Shown here in pieces: positions 26,985-41,070 of a stretch of 64,000 bases of DNA. A model generated the notes under the pieces. It saw only the letters and a program-made list of their open reading frames with translations, was not told the origin of the DNA and made no database searches. Source of the stretch: Epiperipatus broadwayi (Eukaryota; Animalia; Onychophora); NCBI GenBank assembly GCA_028023455.1, contig JAQFVV010000010.1, positions 17,236,001 to 17,300,000 of the forward strand. The letters run 5' to 3'. The stretch's first letter is position 1, and every line of letters starts with the position of its first letter. Both the position numbers and the translations under genes were made by a program.

Positions 26985-27460
26985 ATGAATATTTCATTAC
27001 ACCACTCTCACACAAGATAGGAGCTAATTCTATTCATTTTTAACATCTTGTGGAGGCATGTAATCATAAATATATGACCAAAGGCATATGAAAAAGATCT
27101 ATGATCTCCATTTCTAAACCAGCACTCATTAGTTGGCCCAGACCACAATCTCTTACATATACTTTTATCATTTGTTCAGTTTATGTATAGATAGCAAATT
27201 ACTATAGTTTAATTGGTGTCAAATGTGTTGCCCTCACAACTTTGATACAAATCATTTAATGAAAGTATATTAATAATTTTTATTAGTCATTCATTAGACT
27301 AGAGATTAATTTTCACTACACCATTCTCACCCAAGGTAGGGACTGTTTTTTATCTGCTTTTAACACCTTGTGGAGTGGTGGAATAAAAATTACACTACAG
27401 AAATATTAATCATTATTGGATAATCTCTAGTCTAATGAATGATTAATAAAAATTATTAAA
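26985..27460. mobile_element. Further retrozyme-family copy (HHR-sense minus, 26985-27375) with a short inverted piece (27380-27460)
   Basis: TAACA(T/C)CTTGTGGAG at 27041 and 27361. The HHR remnant at 27100-27147 on minus (GGGCCAA CTAATGAG TGCTGGTTTA GAAATGGAGATCAT) has an internal deletion. Confidence 0.75.
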
Positions 27461-27862
27461 ATCTTAATATATGTTCATTTTCTTTATTTTATATTGAAAT
27501 ATTTTGTATCTAATAGATATTGTCAGTCTTTAGAAATATACATTTAAAATATTAAAATTTTTTCCAAGGTAATTTCCCTGTTAGTGATCTGTGCTTTGGG
27601 GAGGGAAGGGCAGAGGACAAATTGTATGTTTTACAGTAATAAAAGTCTGATATCAGTTATAAAAAAAAAAAGCCTATAATTGATAAAATATTATAAATTG
27701 ACTTCCCAATTTTTTTTAAAGCTTATGCTAAATAAATTTTTCTCTAGCAAATAAGATTTATTAACAATAGAAAAGTTTTGTTGATTCTCTTGTAGAGTCT
27801 TCAATTGACAATTTCTTGTGTAATGCCACATGAGGTGATATATTTATTATCTTTTATCTAAT

Positions 27863-28085
27863 TGATTTCATTTTAAACAGCATTAAACTGTTGCACATGC
27901 GCTTTGGATTTTAACTATAAAATGAATGAATACAAACACTTCAAACACATGATAAAGTCTTTGGAAAAGATGTGTTTAGTGTTTGTATTCATTCATTTTA
28001 TAGTTAAAACCCAAAGCGCATTTGCAACAGTTTAATGCTGTTTAAAATATTACAGTTTGCAAAAAACATCGTGCTATATGAAATA
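27863..28085. repeat. Palindrome (~85-bp arms) of the 339-bp repeat family
   Basis: TTTAAACAGCATTAAACTGTTGC...GAATACAAACAC at 27871-27940 mirrors 27980-28048. It shares TATTCATTT.ATAGTTAAAA.CC.CAAAG with 1001-1030. Confidence 0.8.
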
Positions 28086-28739
28086 ATTGACTAATTGATT
28101 TCAATTTTATGATTTTATAAAAATAAATCTGACAATAAAAGATTCAACGTAATTTCTCTCTGGCTACTGTTAATGAATTAGGGTTTTTGAAATGTTACTA
28201 TAATAAGAATAAAATAGTTATAACTATTTAATTAACTATATCTCTTACAATGTCGAATGATATAATTACTTGTTCTTATAATTGTTTTCTTTAATTAATA
28301 AACCAATTTTATTATTATTATTTATTAATAAATGGACTTGCAATAAGATGTACATTAAAATAAATATAACAAAGTAAAAATTCTTAAAGATTTTGAGAAA
28401 TTAAAAATGAAATTATTGTCAAATTGAAAAAGTTATTTAAAAACATTACAGTCTTATTAATTTATTTAGAAACAGCTTTAAAAAACAAAAGAAATCTTTC
28501 ACTTAAAGAATAGTTAACAAACATCACAATTTTTACACTATAATTAAATTGTCCATTTTCCACGTTCATGGCAAAAATACAAGATTTTAAAACAAAACAA
28601 TAAATACACCAATCATACAGTTGGAATTTCTTTAAATTCCTTTATAAATAGTTCTGTATGATAGATTTGTACACCAACAAACAAATAATAGAATAAAGAT
28701 TCTTCTATGAAAAGATCAAAGAGAACAGATAAAACAAGA

Positions 28740-29400
28740 TGATAATATTAGATCATTCAAAAAATTTGGATGAATGTGCCTTTCCTGAAAAAGTCACATT
28801 ATTACTATACAATCAATGTAAAGTTACAGATACTACCTATGAAAATTAGCAACATTAAATTTTAATATCAGTAAAGTCTTCTGTTTTACAAAATCTACTT
28901 GATTAAAATAAAATCTACTGCTAATAATTGAAAATTCTTGATCTACAGTTGCATGATTACAAAGATCTTAACATATAATGACATTTGATTAAGGAAAATA
29001 GTAAAACCTCAATTGCAATCAGAAAAGTATGTTATCTTTATTTCAAACTAATAATTTGATATTTGTAACAACAGATATATGATGATTTGGTATTATTTGT
29101 AAGTAATAATTGCTTAGCCATGGAATCTTGATTTAATATTAAAATTGTTAGCCATAAAATTATAAAGTGTTTTCATAAAAAAAGATATTTTGCTATTTTC
29201 TTTTGTTTATTCACTAATTTAAATGACAAATAATGCAAATCCAAGCAAAGAATCATTAGTGGATAACCTTAGAAAAGCAAAATTGATATAATTAAACTTC
29301 TAAATTCTGTAATAATAGTAAAAAAGTGATAGGTGCTTCATAAATATTTTTTTTCAGACAATAGATCACACAATTATCAATCTATTACTATTGTTAGTAG
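28740..29400 (+). pseudogene. Possible very degenerate PLE reverse transcriptase remnant
   Basis: AGATAT AT GATGATTTGGTATTATTT (~29073) reads RY.DDLVLF with one frameshift. The flanking motifs are weak. Confidence 0.3.
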
Positions 29401-30469
29401 CCACAACATCTTAATTAATGTTGGCATTTTTAATTTTTGTTAGATTTCACTCGACATCAATATGTGAGTAAAGATGATTATAGCATGAATAAGTCTTAGC
29501 TACTTAAAACAAAGTCTAGTTGATAAACTATATTCAAAAACTTGATTTATATATAAATTCATTAATAATTATAAAAAGTGTGATTTAAACTGTTCCATGA
29601 ATAAGATTATACATTTATTAATATATATCTAATTTAGGTAAGTCATTGTTAAATATGTTAATTAGATCTTATTTTACAATGACAATCATTTTAAAACAGA
29701 AGCACTGGCTATCTATATTCTGAAAACTAATGAAAAGTCTGGCGTCATGATGCTTAATTTGTTTAGATGTCTGTGTGTGCATATAAAAATCCAATATCAA
29801 AAAATTTTTAAACATTAATTTTAAAACAAAAGCTAAAATACTATGTTATTAATATTTTCTTATTCAGCCTCAATTATGAGCTCATTAAAACAACAAAATT
29901 CAATTATATATTTTAAAGCTTCTGCTCATAGACAAAATATCAGATATTCCAATGTTTTTTTAAGAAAATTAAACAATTATAAATATATATAAAAAATTTC
30001 ATCAGTAAATACTATCATTCTCACAAAGTGCATTTTTTGCTGTGGACATTTTTAGCAGATCAGACAGAATAAATGAATTACTGAGTATATTAAAGAAAAG
30101 TTATTTTAATTTTTTTTTTTAATGTTTTTCATCGTATTTTTTAAAAAAAAATTCATTACTTTTAAGTAAGGACTGCAGAAAATAAGTTTCTATTAACAGA
30201 AAGAAGACACTGATTCCTCTTTGAGGCCTTAAAGAAATCAAGTAAAGCAAACGCCTAATGTCCATTCCATACATTTTTGTCTATCCAAATATTAATATGT
30301 AATATTCAAATAGAAAATGAACATGGATGGGTTGCTTACCAACACAAATCAATCAGCATATTAAATTTATTGGCTTTTACTTCTGAGCTTAAGATTAGGA
30401 AATAACACGGTCTATCTTCTCAATTATTTGATACTTTGTAACTGGAACAACAGTTAAGTTTTCTTGAAA

Positions 30470-31720
30470 GTAGGGTGGATATATTTATTATAAATAAAAA
30501 GTGGAAAATCAACATTATGGAGATTGATGGTATATGAGACAAAAGGCAAAATTAGTTATTCAACATAATAAAAGATACCAAATACAAAATTTAGGTTTAT
30601 GCTCCAACAATTTTTATTGTAATGAAGTAGAGGATTTTTATATAGATGTATAAAATGCTTTTGATTAGACCAAACATTTTCACACCAAATAATATTTTAA
30701 AATTGTCATAGAAGATTTAATGCTAGACATGAAAAATGATTGAAAGATGAAATATTAGAGAAATTTTACTTATATTAATAGAAATCACAAAGGATAAATA
30801 CTTGAGGAATTTACAAAAAAAGAAAAATTGTATGTTAGAAATTCTTTCTTTGAGAAGAATGTGAAATGAAAATAGACAGGGAAACATTCAAATGAAAGGT
30901 ACAATAGAAATGGATTGTATTTTGAGTGATTGAAAATATGTATTTCAGGATTATAATTTTCTTAAAAGATTCAAGGCAGAAAGTAATCATTGATTAGTAA
31001 AGTGTAAAATATGTGTTAAAGCGAAACTAGAAAGACTATAACTTTTAAAAACAGTTTATAACTTCCAGAACCATCCCAATGAATTTAAATTAAAATATGT
31101 TTATCATTTTAAAATACTGACAGATATTGAAGATGGTTCAAACTTAACAGAGATCAATAAGAAGATAACTAATATTCTACTTATAGATGGCACACAAAAA
31201 AACAACTCACAAACTATTCATTATCAAATAAGATAAAATATTATATTAAGAAGGAATATGAAAACATTTAAAAATACTCCATTAAAAAAAAATTTGAATA
31301 TCTAGAAGTTAACCATGAATTGGCAGGGAATGCTATAGAAGAAAATAAAAATTTGAAAAAATATAAAATAACATCTTGGAAATGAAAGAAAAATTATTTC
31401 AGCAATAAAAAAAAAAAGAGACAAAAATATTACTAAAACGAATGACATCACGAAAGGTAATGAAAGAATTCTACAAGAAATTATATAATAATAAATAACA
31501 AAAAACAAAGTAACTAATTCAATTACTGCAACTTCTATTTCAATTACTATATCATCTTCTGAATTACCAAGTATTTTATATAAAGAGGGGAGACATGCAA
31601 TTAAATATATGAAGAGAGAAAAGTTCCAGTAAATGATGAAATTATTATTGAAATCTTAAAAAAAATGGGTAAAGAAATAGAAATATTGTTTGCAAAATTA
31701 TGAGCCATCCAAAGTGCACT
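30470..31720 (+). mobile_element. RTE LINE endonuclease/linker region, degenerate
   Basis: Homologous in reverse complement to 34600-35900 (e.g. AGTAATCATTGATTAGTAAAGTGTAAAAT vs SDHRLVRYKM, and GLCSNN ~ VYAPT). Confidence 0.75.
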
Positions 31721-32205
31721 CACCTAAAAAAAAATTATTTTATTTATTTATTTTGAGTAAAAAAAAAATGAAATATTGTGAATCTAACGCTTACTAAATA
31801 CTTTAATTCTATCACTAATCTTGATGTTAATATATTCTAGTATTTTTTACATCATTATATACCCATGTATTTTTCAAACAAGATATGTCAAAGAAGTTCA
31901 TAAATGGAGAAAAAAAAATTTAAGTTCTAAAAACTATAAAATATGAATTACAGATGACTGCATATATTGTTACAAATATCTGAACAAAACATTACAAATC
32001 TGTGTGTTATAAATCAATTTTATAAATATATTTTCAAATACTGTGCACATAAATGTACATAGAGAGAAATGTAAAGGCAGATTGGGGAATTAGGCAATAT
32101 GGTAATATTCTTATTTTTACAACAATATATTTCATTTTATTATTTCAACTTTAAAACCACATCATAAAATCATCATCATTTTCAATCATTATTGATCCAC
32201 TAGAG

Positions 32206-33819
32206 CAGCCTTTCCCAACCTTTTTTGGCTCGCGTACCACTTGGTAGTACATCACGCTAAATTGTACCACTTCGTAAAAATGATTGTATTTCGTGAAATT
32301 TGTTATTGCGAGTGTGTTATTTTATTTGCATTATAAATATTATAGGGTGACCATGTATGTATTCACATCTCATAATGAGACAAATTACATTGAAACACAC
32401 CTAAACGTCACACCAGATTATAAACTCACTGAAATTATAAATTCACTGTAACATATTTATATGTATGTGTTTGTGCAAAATTTCATATTTTTTCCAAAAT
32501 AATTTATTAAAGATTACATTATTACATTAAAGGTTATTTGGTACATATTTTGTTCAAAGTGCTTTCTCATTCTTTCATTTGGTTTTCCCGAATTTCAGTC
32601 TGTTTTCTCTTTTTTGGAGCATCTTGCTAGTGGTTGGGCCATGGAGAGGATAAATTCAGCATGTCCCAAGTCATGGTAAAAATAACCTCAGAGGTTATCA
32701 GGCTATCTCTTGTTCTTGTTTTCTTTATATTGTTCAGCATAAAGTTAATAGGATTAAAATTTTGATGATTAAATACTAGCTTACATCTAGTAATCCACAA
32801 TAGATGATCAAGAATTAATGAGAGTCTAATTTCTGGGTATGATCCTTTTCTGATACATTCTTTCAAATTAAATAATTTAGATTGATTTGCCTTGATCCAT
32901 CATTATTTATCTACTATTTTGTCATATTTCGTTTACTAATAAATGGTTTTAATAAAAACACAAAATTATAAAAAACCAATTAATATATTTTCTTATCATA
33001 ATCAAATATTTTTATAAAATAAATTTAATGAGATCTTTGTGCTTGTTTCGAACAACATAATTTTTTGAAATTTGGTTCAAAAGATGCAATGTATACCCTT
33101 AAGTCTACAGCTGCTTTCAATCTGTTTCGATACTTATTTTTTAAAAAAATATATGAAGAAAAAGCTCTTCCTACTAATTCCGTACTATTAAATAGTAATA
33201 ATAATTTAAGAGCTTTCTCAGAAAGTTGTTCATATTCTTTAATGTTTAACAAAAAATTAATTAGATTGTGTCGTTTGAATTCTACTTGTAAAGTTCTGTC
33301 ACACGATAATCCTATTAAATTTTCTTTATCCTTTATTGATAATGATGTAGTGTTTTCTAAATTTTCTGCATAGAAGAGACTTGAAATCCAATTATCATTT
33401 GTGTTTTCGGTTTTTGGAAAATATTCCATGAAAGACAATTTTAATCCTGTTAAATGTGCTATTATATTTTCTCGTTTATCTTGAGACAGACTAACCTTAT
33501 TTTCAAACAAAAAAATATGTAGAGTTTTGAATACTTCCAGTTGATTGTTTTCAATACTTATATATATTACTGTTTCCAAAAATCTAATTTCTTAATCATA
33601 CTTTCAATTTTATCATTAACATTAAAGATCGTTATCGACTGTACGTATTAACAACTTTACTGTATAATATTATTAATTAAAATAATTTTTATGAATTATA
33701 GAAAAAAAATGTTTCTATGATATTTTTATGATTTAATTTTTTTTTTATGTCCGCCATTATTGATTATTTTTCGTGTACCACCAACCAGCAACTCGCGTAC
33801 CACAGGTTGGGAAACACTG
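32206..33819 (-). mobile_element. Non-autonomous hAT (Buster/Charlie-type) transposon
   Basis: TIRs CAGCCTTTCCCAACC and (reverse complement) CAGTGTTTCCCAACC. Perfect 8-bp TSD CACTAGAG (32198-32205, 33820-33827). Subterminal GTACCAC repeats. Confidence 0.95.
33025..33579 (-). pseudogene. hAT transposase C-terminal fragment (dimerization domain)
   Basis: ...KALKLLLLFNSTELVGRAFSSYIFLKNKYRNRLKAAVDLRV...FEPNFKKLCCSKQAQRSH, typical of ZBED5/SCAND3/FAM200-like transposases. Confidence 0.9.
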
Positions 33820-36800
33820 CACTAGAGAATGGAGATCTATCCAAGTTCAATCTATCTCCGATCTTTAGCCTCTTTTTTTATATCACCCCAGCACATTTCC
33901 TTATTTCATCCATCCATCTCATATGGTGGTCTCTTTCTAGGTCTTTTACAATCTCTTTGAATCCAGTTTAATTTTAATCTTTTTAACATTTACCTTTAGT
34001 CCTAATTTTTTACTTTCATCTGATAACTCTTGCAACATTTTCTAAAGCTCTAAAGCATTATTTGCAAAAACAACTACTACATCACTTGCAAAATCTAAAT
34101 GACTTAAATAATCTCCATTTACTTTTATTCCTCTAGCATCCCACTTTAATCCACAAAATACTTTTTGAAGCACTGTTGTAAAAGGTTTTGGAAATGTGGA
34201 GTTACCCTATCATACACCCTACTCAATGATAATCTTCCTAATATCATTATGTAATCTAATTGTTGCTGTTGCAATTTCATAAATATTCTTCAGAATAACA
34301 CAGTTTATCCTGGGTCTATACCTTAGTGATACAATGCTTTAATCACTGAAGAAATGGTTATATAATCAAATCCCTTTTCATCATCTATAAATTCAAAGCA
34401 TAATGGTAACTCATATTCATTGATCATTTCTATAACTTCTCTCAATATTTGGATATGTCCCACTGCACTAAAAGTACTTTTAAATCCGACTTGTTCTTTT
34501 GGTTGGTTAAAATCCAAAGTTCACTGTAGATAAGTTGTAATTATCTTGGTAAAAAGTTTGTATATAACTGATAAGTCTGCAATTTTTATATCATTACATT
34601 TTTTACATCTTTATCATTTAGTCATTTGCTATATAATTTTGCCAAAAATTTTTCTATCTTTTCATCTGCTTCTTTTAAAATACGAATTATAATTTCATCA
34701 TTACTACGGTTTTCCCTTCTTCATAAATTTGCATATCTCAAGTCTTCATATAAATCCTCACAATGCAGAAGATATAATAGCTATAGGTGGTACTTTGTCT
34801 TTGTTCTTTATTGTTACACAATTCTTGACTGAACTCTTCTGTACATTCCATGATTTTTTTCCTATTGCAGAAATAAGTTCCCTACTATTACCAAGATGTT
34901 GTTTTAAACTCGAGACATTTATTCTCTTCTATAGTTTTCCTTACCAGTTTACAATTATAGCTTCTTATATCATTTATCAAATCTTTTTCATACCATTTTA
35001 CAAAATTTTAGATATTCAATCCTTAATGCATCATTTCTATATATTTTTATATTCCTTCTTTTCATCATAAATTGTCGTCTTAGTAGAAATTTTACGGGTC
35101 AATTGCTGCTCTACCCGCTATTTTTGTTGCAGTTCTTAAAAGTGTATCAGTTAACTCCTTATTTATTTTGTTCAAATCTGAATAATGGTCAAAATCTGTT
35201 AATATTTGAAAATGATTTGCAAGTTTTAATTTAAATTCATTGGAATGTTTCTGAAGATTAAGAATATCAACTGTGAATATTATTTTTCTTAATTTTGATT
35301 TCTCTAGTTTTGCAGTAAGATGCATCTTATATCTCACTAAGCGATGATCACTTCCTGTATCAAATTTATTAACAACATTATAAACTTGAAATACATAATT
35401 TCTGTCCGTCAAAATGTAATCCAATTCAACTATACTTTCATTTGGATTCTTCCATGACCATTTCTATTCAGCATTTTTCTCCAAAAAAGAATTCATAATA
35501 TAAAGTTTTTCTTTTTCTGCAAACTCTACAAGTCTATATTCTCTCACATTTCTGTCACCATAACCAAATTTACCTACAACACTTCATGACAATTTTAAAT
35601 ATTGTTTGGTCTGATCAAGTCTTTTGTACATCCATATAAAAATTCTCTACTTATCACTATGAGAAGTTGCTGGGGCATAAACCTGAATTATCTGCATTTG
35701 ATATCTGCTACTAAGTTGAATAACTAATCTTGCCACTCTGTTCAATGATACATCATCAATCTTCACAATATTATTCTTCCAATTTTTATTTATAATGAAT
35801 CTTACTCTACTTTTACTTCTAATATTTGTATCTTTGTAGTATAGTATATGCCCACTTTTTAAATCAGTTGTCTCCACATTAATATGAACTAGTTCTTATT
35901 CCAATTCTTGCAATTTTACCTTCACTTGAAAGTGATCTGCAGTTGTAAGTATCTAAATAAAAGATCATCATCAAATAACTTTATACAGTTTTTTGTTTTT
36001 TTTAAAAAAAAAAAAAACTTTTTTTGAAAAAGAAAGAGAGGAAGGACAAAAAATAAAAATTTTAAAAAACCAATTTTCTATACAGATAAGTTATTAACAT
36101 TCATATCATTTTTTTTATAAATCTACTCAAACCAGGTGAACAACACCTGAGCAAAAAGGAAAACCAGAAATTTAAAAACATGAATATTAAAGATACTAAC
36201 ATAAATTGATAAATTATTTTTTATACTGACGAATTTTTTTATAAGCTTTGATTATATATATAAATCCACAATAAGTATAGATATTTATTTACTCACTGAC
36301 AAGTTTCTGAACAAATGTTAGTAACAAAAAAAGTTCATTTCTTTCACATGAATTTTTACAACTTAATGATACAATATGTTAAGAAAATTGAATTTTTTCC
36401 CATTCTGAAACTTTTCGGAGTCAATAATCCCACTTTTTAATTAAAAATATATGCATAGCAATATGATAATAACATATAATATATTTTAAACACAAATATG
36501 TAAATTCAATATTATATTCTCTACATAAAGAATATTTAACATCACCCTTTAAGAAAACTGGATATCTATCTAATGTTATAATATAAAATATGAATAATTA
36601 CCAAGTTGCAAATCTACATATAACATAAAAAGTAAATTCATGCTACAATAAATAAAACAAAATCTAAACATGAAGAATAAGTCTAAAAAAAAAAAAACAC
36701 AAACAATGTATAAAGAAAAAAAGGATAGCTAAAAAAACATAGCATAAGATAATGAAATAAAAAATAATGTACTAACCAATCATATTTTTGTATAGACTGG

Positions 36801-38599
36801 AGATTGTGATTTTAAAAAATTATACATTTTTTTTTTTGTTCTAATATTTTTTTCAGAAGCATTTACAAAATATCCAAAATCATATAGCAGAAATAAATTG
36901 TTACCATTAAAAACAGCAGATTTCAAATATTTATGACTTAAGTATGAGTTAAGAATTAAAGATCTGATTACTGTAAGTACTACAGGATAGAATATTACAA
37001 TGAACATGTAATAATCCTTCAATTAATAATTAGTAAATAGCTTATACATGTTGAATGTTCACTTTTAAAAATAATGTAGGGTCAAATACTATAATCAAAA
37101 TTCAGTTAACCATTTTAACTTCATCATTCCAATACAGACATATTTTCTAAGGTTGATAAGGTCCTCTCAGAGAAGGAATGGTTCTACATATAAATAAATA
37201 CATATACATATCAGCTATTGTTTGTAGGACTTTTTATTCATTTTTAATAGTGACTCCAAATGACTGTTAATTCAAGCCAATTATATGATATGATTATTTT
37301 AAACATCTTATAAACCATAGAAAGCTTCAATCAAGATTATTCAATTTTCTTTAAAAAGTTGGTTGCATTGAGGTATCAATAAATGAAGATTATATTAGGC
37401 AAAAATTGCCATCTAAATGGCAGAGACAAAACTTTCAGTAAATAAAATACAGTGAAATGTCAGACTTTCATTGCAATTAAACATTCTGGGTATCTTTTTT
37501 CTTCAATAACTTTTTTCCCTATGGAACATAATAGCAGTCTCATTATAAGAAGATGATGGTCTTTCTGGTTGTTTTGAGGTTTTTAAGTCTGTACTAATTT
37601 TGGAATTTATAGAGTTACTCCTATTTGCCATTATCCAATTCAGATTTTCAATTAAACTTTTCAAACTTTAAGCTTTTCTACCACTACTAAATTGATAACT
37701 TTCATTTTATTGTTTCATTAAAAATATGAATTTTATTAAATTTCATAAAACTTTTAGGTTTATGATCATAAAACATTTTATATGAAATACTATACCTCAT
37801 CAAAATTTAAAATGGATAATAGAAATGAAGAATAAAATATATGTGTTTCAATCTAATTTGAAAAAAAAAAAATTATTAATGTGTGATTGCCTATGGAGTT
37901 CTGAGACAGAAAAATGATTGCTGGCATTGCTTTGTTGCATATAAACAATATTTCACAAAAAATTATTTTTTTTTTTAAAGAGAAATGTTACATACAATTG
38001 ATTATATATATATTTTCAAAAAAACTACATATCTATATAGATCCCCTTATCAATATATAATTGCATTCACCAAGAAAGGATTTAATTATAGCAGATTTGT
38101 AATAAATTAGCAAGTAATTACAACAGATTTTTTTTAAAAAAAGTTATGTATTGTTAAGGAAAACTGTATATATGTTTTTATATATAATAAAAACTTTTTT
38201 TAGTCAATTTTATATAATAATGTCTTTAAAAAGATAGGACTTTGGAATATTAATAATTAAATTTTCTATTTAAAGAAAACTTTTTTGTCAAATATTGTTG
38301 TTTACATTCGTTCATATGTTTTATTTTATGTTTTATATTAATTTTGCCTTGACGAAAATTATATTATAACCAAAACATTGGTGATATTTTTTATGAAGTT
38401 TTAGGGAAAAAACAAATTTTTTAAAAAAAGAATGTATTAGAATTTTATGGAATATTAATATATTGATGAAATCAAAAAGATATGATATCCTGATAAAGTG
38501 TTTACTATTGTGTGGACAGATATATGGATAATAATTAAAAACAGATAAAAAGAAGTTAAGTGAAAAAAAAAGGTGATAATCTTTGATGAAAAATAAGTA

Positions 38600-39775
38600 C
38601 AGAATACTACAGATGATAAGTGATTGGAGTTTTAAAAAAAGAAAAATGAGTTGCCATTATGCGTTGAATTTGTATATTATAAAAAGGCATTTGATTCTAT
38701 AACCATTTCTTCAGTGATTAAAGCATTGTATCATCAAGGTATATCTTCAGTGATTAAAGCATTGTATCATCAAGGTATAGAACCAGGATATTGTCATATT
38801 CTCAAAAATATTTATAAAAATGCAACTGCAACAATTAGATTACACAATAATGCTAAGAAGATTAACATTGAGAAGGATGTTCGATAAGGTGATTCCACAT
38901 CTCCAAAACTTTTTATAGCAGTACTTCAAGAAGTATTTTGTGGATTAAAATGGGAGCTAGAGAAATAAAAGTAAATGGAGATTATTTAAGTCATTTAGAT
39001 TTTGCAGATGATGTAGTTGTTTTTGCAAATAATGCTTTAGAGCTTCAGGAAATGCTGCAAGAGTTATCAGATGAAAGTAAAAAGTAGGACTAAAGACAAA
39101 TATTAAAAAACTAAAGTAATGTTCAATAATAAGATTGATACTGATGAACTCTGGTCAGATTACTATTACAGATGGAAACATAATCGATGAAATTAATCAT
39201 AGAATTAAACTTGGTTGAAGTGCTTTTGGTAGAAATAACTTAAATATTAAAAGGAAATATGCCAGTTCTTTTGGTAGAAATAACTTAATATTAAAAGAAA
39301 AAATGCCAATGTGTTTGAAAAGGAAGATTTTTAATAAATGATTTTTACCAGTTCTTACTTATGGATCTGAGATTTGAACACTTAACAGAAGAGCAATACA
39401 AAGACTTCAGACCACTCAAAGAAGTATGGAGAAATGCTTAATAGGAGTAACAAGAAAAGATTGAAAATGAAATATATAGGTAAGAATTCAAACAGCTGTT
39501 ATTGACATCATTGAAAGAATTAAAGAGAATGAAGTACAGCTGGGCTGGACATATTTCTAGAAGAAATGATAATAGAGGGCCATTTGAAATCTTAAACTGG
39601 ATTCCAAAAGATTGTAAAAGATCTAGAAAAAGATCATATTTGAGAGGGATGGATGAAATAAAAAATGTATATGGGGGTGATGTGGAGAAGAGATGCTAGT
39701 GATCAAAGAAAATGGGTTGAACTTGGAGATATTTATCCTGCAGAGGATTGACAGTGATTGAAAATGTTGATTATG
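38600..39775 (+). mobile_element. RTE LINE RT + 3' end, degenerate (family of 9118-10150)
   Basis: EFVYYKKAFDSI; GATTTTGCAGATGAT (DFADD); YSWAGHISRRNDNR. Confidence 0.9.
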
Positions 39776-39814
39776 ATATATTGGGAATATTTCCATAATC
39801 AAATCTTAAATACT

Positions 39815-40265
39815 CAATATTTTTTTAATTTTATTTAAATTTTCCAGTTACATTCCACTGCTAGTAATAGCACACCCGTTAGTATATACACAACATTTCA
39901 AGCATTATTCTCCTCTCTTCTTCAAGTTTTGTTGGTCTAGGCAATAAACTACACTAGCAAAGGAGTTGAACCTGGACTTTTAGATTCATGAAGATTGAGT
40001 TTTAAGCAAACGCTCTAACCAATGAGTTATTCTGCTAAAAGCTCATTTAAAGTGTTACCTTAAAATTCAATACTCAAGAATCTAATAATCCAGATTCAAT
40101 TCTCATGCTAGTACTGTAACTGCTCAGGGCAGTAATACTTTGAAGAAGAGAAGACTTGAAATGTTTGTGTATATAATAACTTTTGTGTTATTACTAGCAG
40201 TTCAATGTATTTGGAAAATTTAAATAAAGTTTATATTTTTTTCTAAAGGTATTCAATGTTCAATG
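39815..40265. mobile_element. Head-to-head pair of tRNA-like + HHR modules (minus 39815-40040; plus 40051-40265, lacking the A box)
   Basis: Minus: TAGCAGAATAACTCATTGGTTAGAGCG...GTCCAGGTTCAACTCC, then TTGAAGAAGAGAGG...TGAAATGTTGTGT (39881-39932). The plus HHR remnant is at 40131-40177. Same family as 54455-55480. Confidence 0.8.
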
Positions 40266-40269
40266 TTAG

Positions 40270-40520
40270 TTTTATTAGTCATTCATTATACTAGAGATTA
40301 CCCAATAATGAATAATATTTCTGTAGTTTTTCACTATACCACTCTCATGAAAGGTAGGGACTGATTTTTATCCACTTTTAATACATTGTATTAAAAGTGG
40401 ATAAGTATTAAAAGTGGATAAAAACCAGTCCCTATTTTCCGTGAGAATCCCTCCATAAAGTGTTAAAAATGGAAACCAGTCCTTATCTTGTGTGAGAGTA
40501 ATGTAGTGAAAATTATGAAA
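40270..40520. repeat. Retrozyme-family fragments in inverted arrangement (no HHR part retained)
   Basis: TAGTCATTCATTATACTAGAGATTACCCAATAATG...; the reverse pieces AAAAGTGGATAAAAACCAGTCCC and CCCTCCATAAAGTGTTAA. Confidence 0.75.
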
Positions 40521-40849
40521 TATAAAATTCTCCGTATTATTTCCATAAAAATAAAAAATTAAAAGGGTTGTATGAAAAGCTACTATATTGAGAATAAAAA
40601 TATGATCCTATTGTTTCACATTAAACTGCCATTGAATATAATTTAAAAAAAAAACACATTTATTTTATTAACTAAGCTTTATTTATCATCACTTGATTAT
40701 TAAATATTGATTATTTATTGCTAGCAATTTTTTTAATAAGAATGATAAAAATTTCATCACATATTAATTTTAAATACACATTGTATATATTCAAAATTTA
40801 TATAACAAATCATAAATAACAGTATCTAATAACTTTTTTTAATTCCATC

Positions 40850-41070
40850 TTTCTTTTGGGATCGGAAGAATAAAATCTTCAGATTGATTCCAGAACTCAA
40901 ACTTCTTATAAACACCCAAGCAAGAAACCATTCAATTATCCTATATGAGTTATGTTCTAAATAAATACTTAACTAGCGCCTCTCTGAGGAGCGCCAAAAG
41001 CATGAAACCATGGTCAGGAGATGGGGGGTTGGTTTTCAGATGGAGATATTTTAAATGCTTTCTCTTGCTA
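40850..41070 (+). mobile_element. Short 5'-truncated PLE 3' end (probable GIY-YIG C-terminus) with HHR
   Basis: FWDRKNK...ELKLLINTQ resembles the R.IKE..I.EL.P.LN.Q ending of PLE endonucleases, and an HHR follows about 25 nt after the stop. Confidence 0.5.
40979..41020 (+). ncRNA. Minimal type-I hammerhead ribozyme motif (GUC site)
   Basis: CCTCT CTGAGGA GCGC CAAAA GCAT GAAAC CAT GGTC AGGAG. Stem III is the palindrome ACCATGGT. Two CpG reversions restore stem II GCGC/GCGC. Confidence 0.8.

Larger units (their letters stand above)
32170..35960 (-). mobile_element. RTE LINE with internal deletions (EN 35000-35960, RT pieces 33960-34610, 3' end 32170-32205 + 33820-33960), split by the hAT element
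   Basis: ORFs contain QIIQVYAPATSH, MDYILTD...GSDHRLV and EQVGFKSTFSAVGHIQILREVIE...DEKGFD. The (CAT)n tail is at 32170. Confidence 0.9.
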
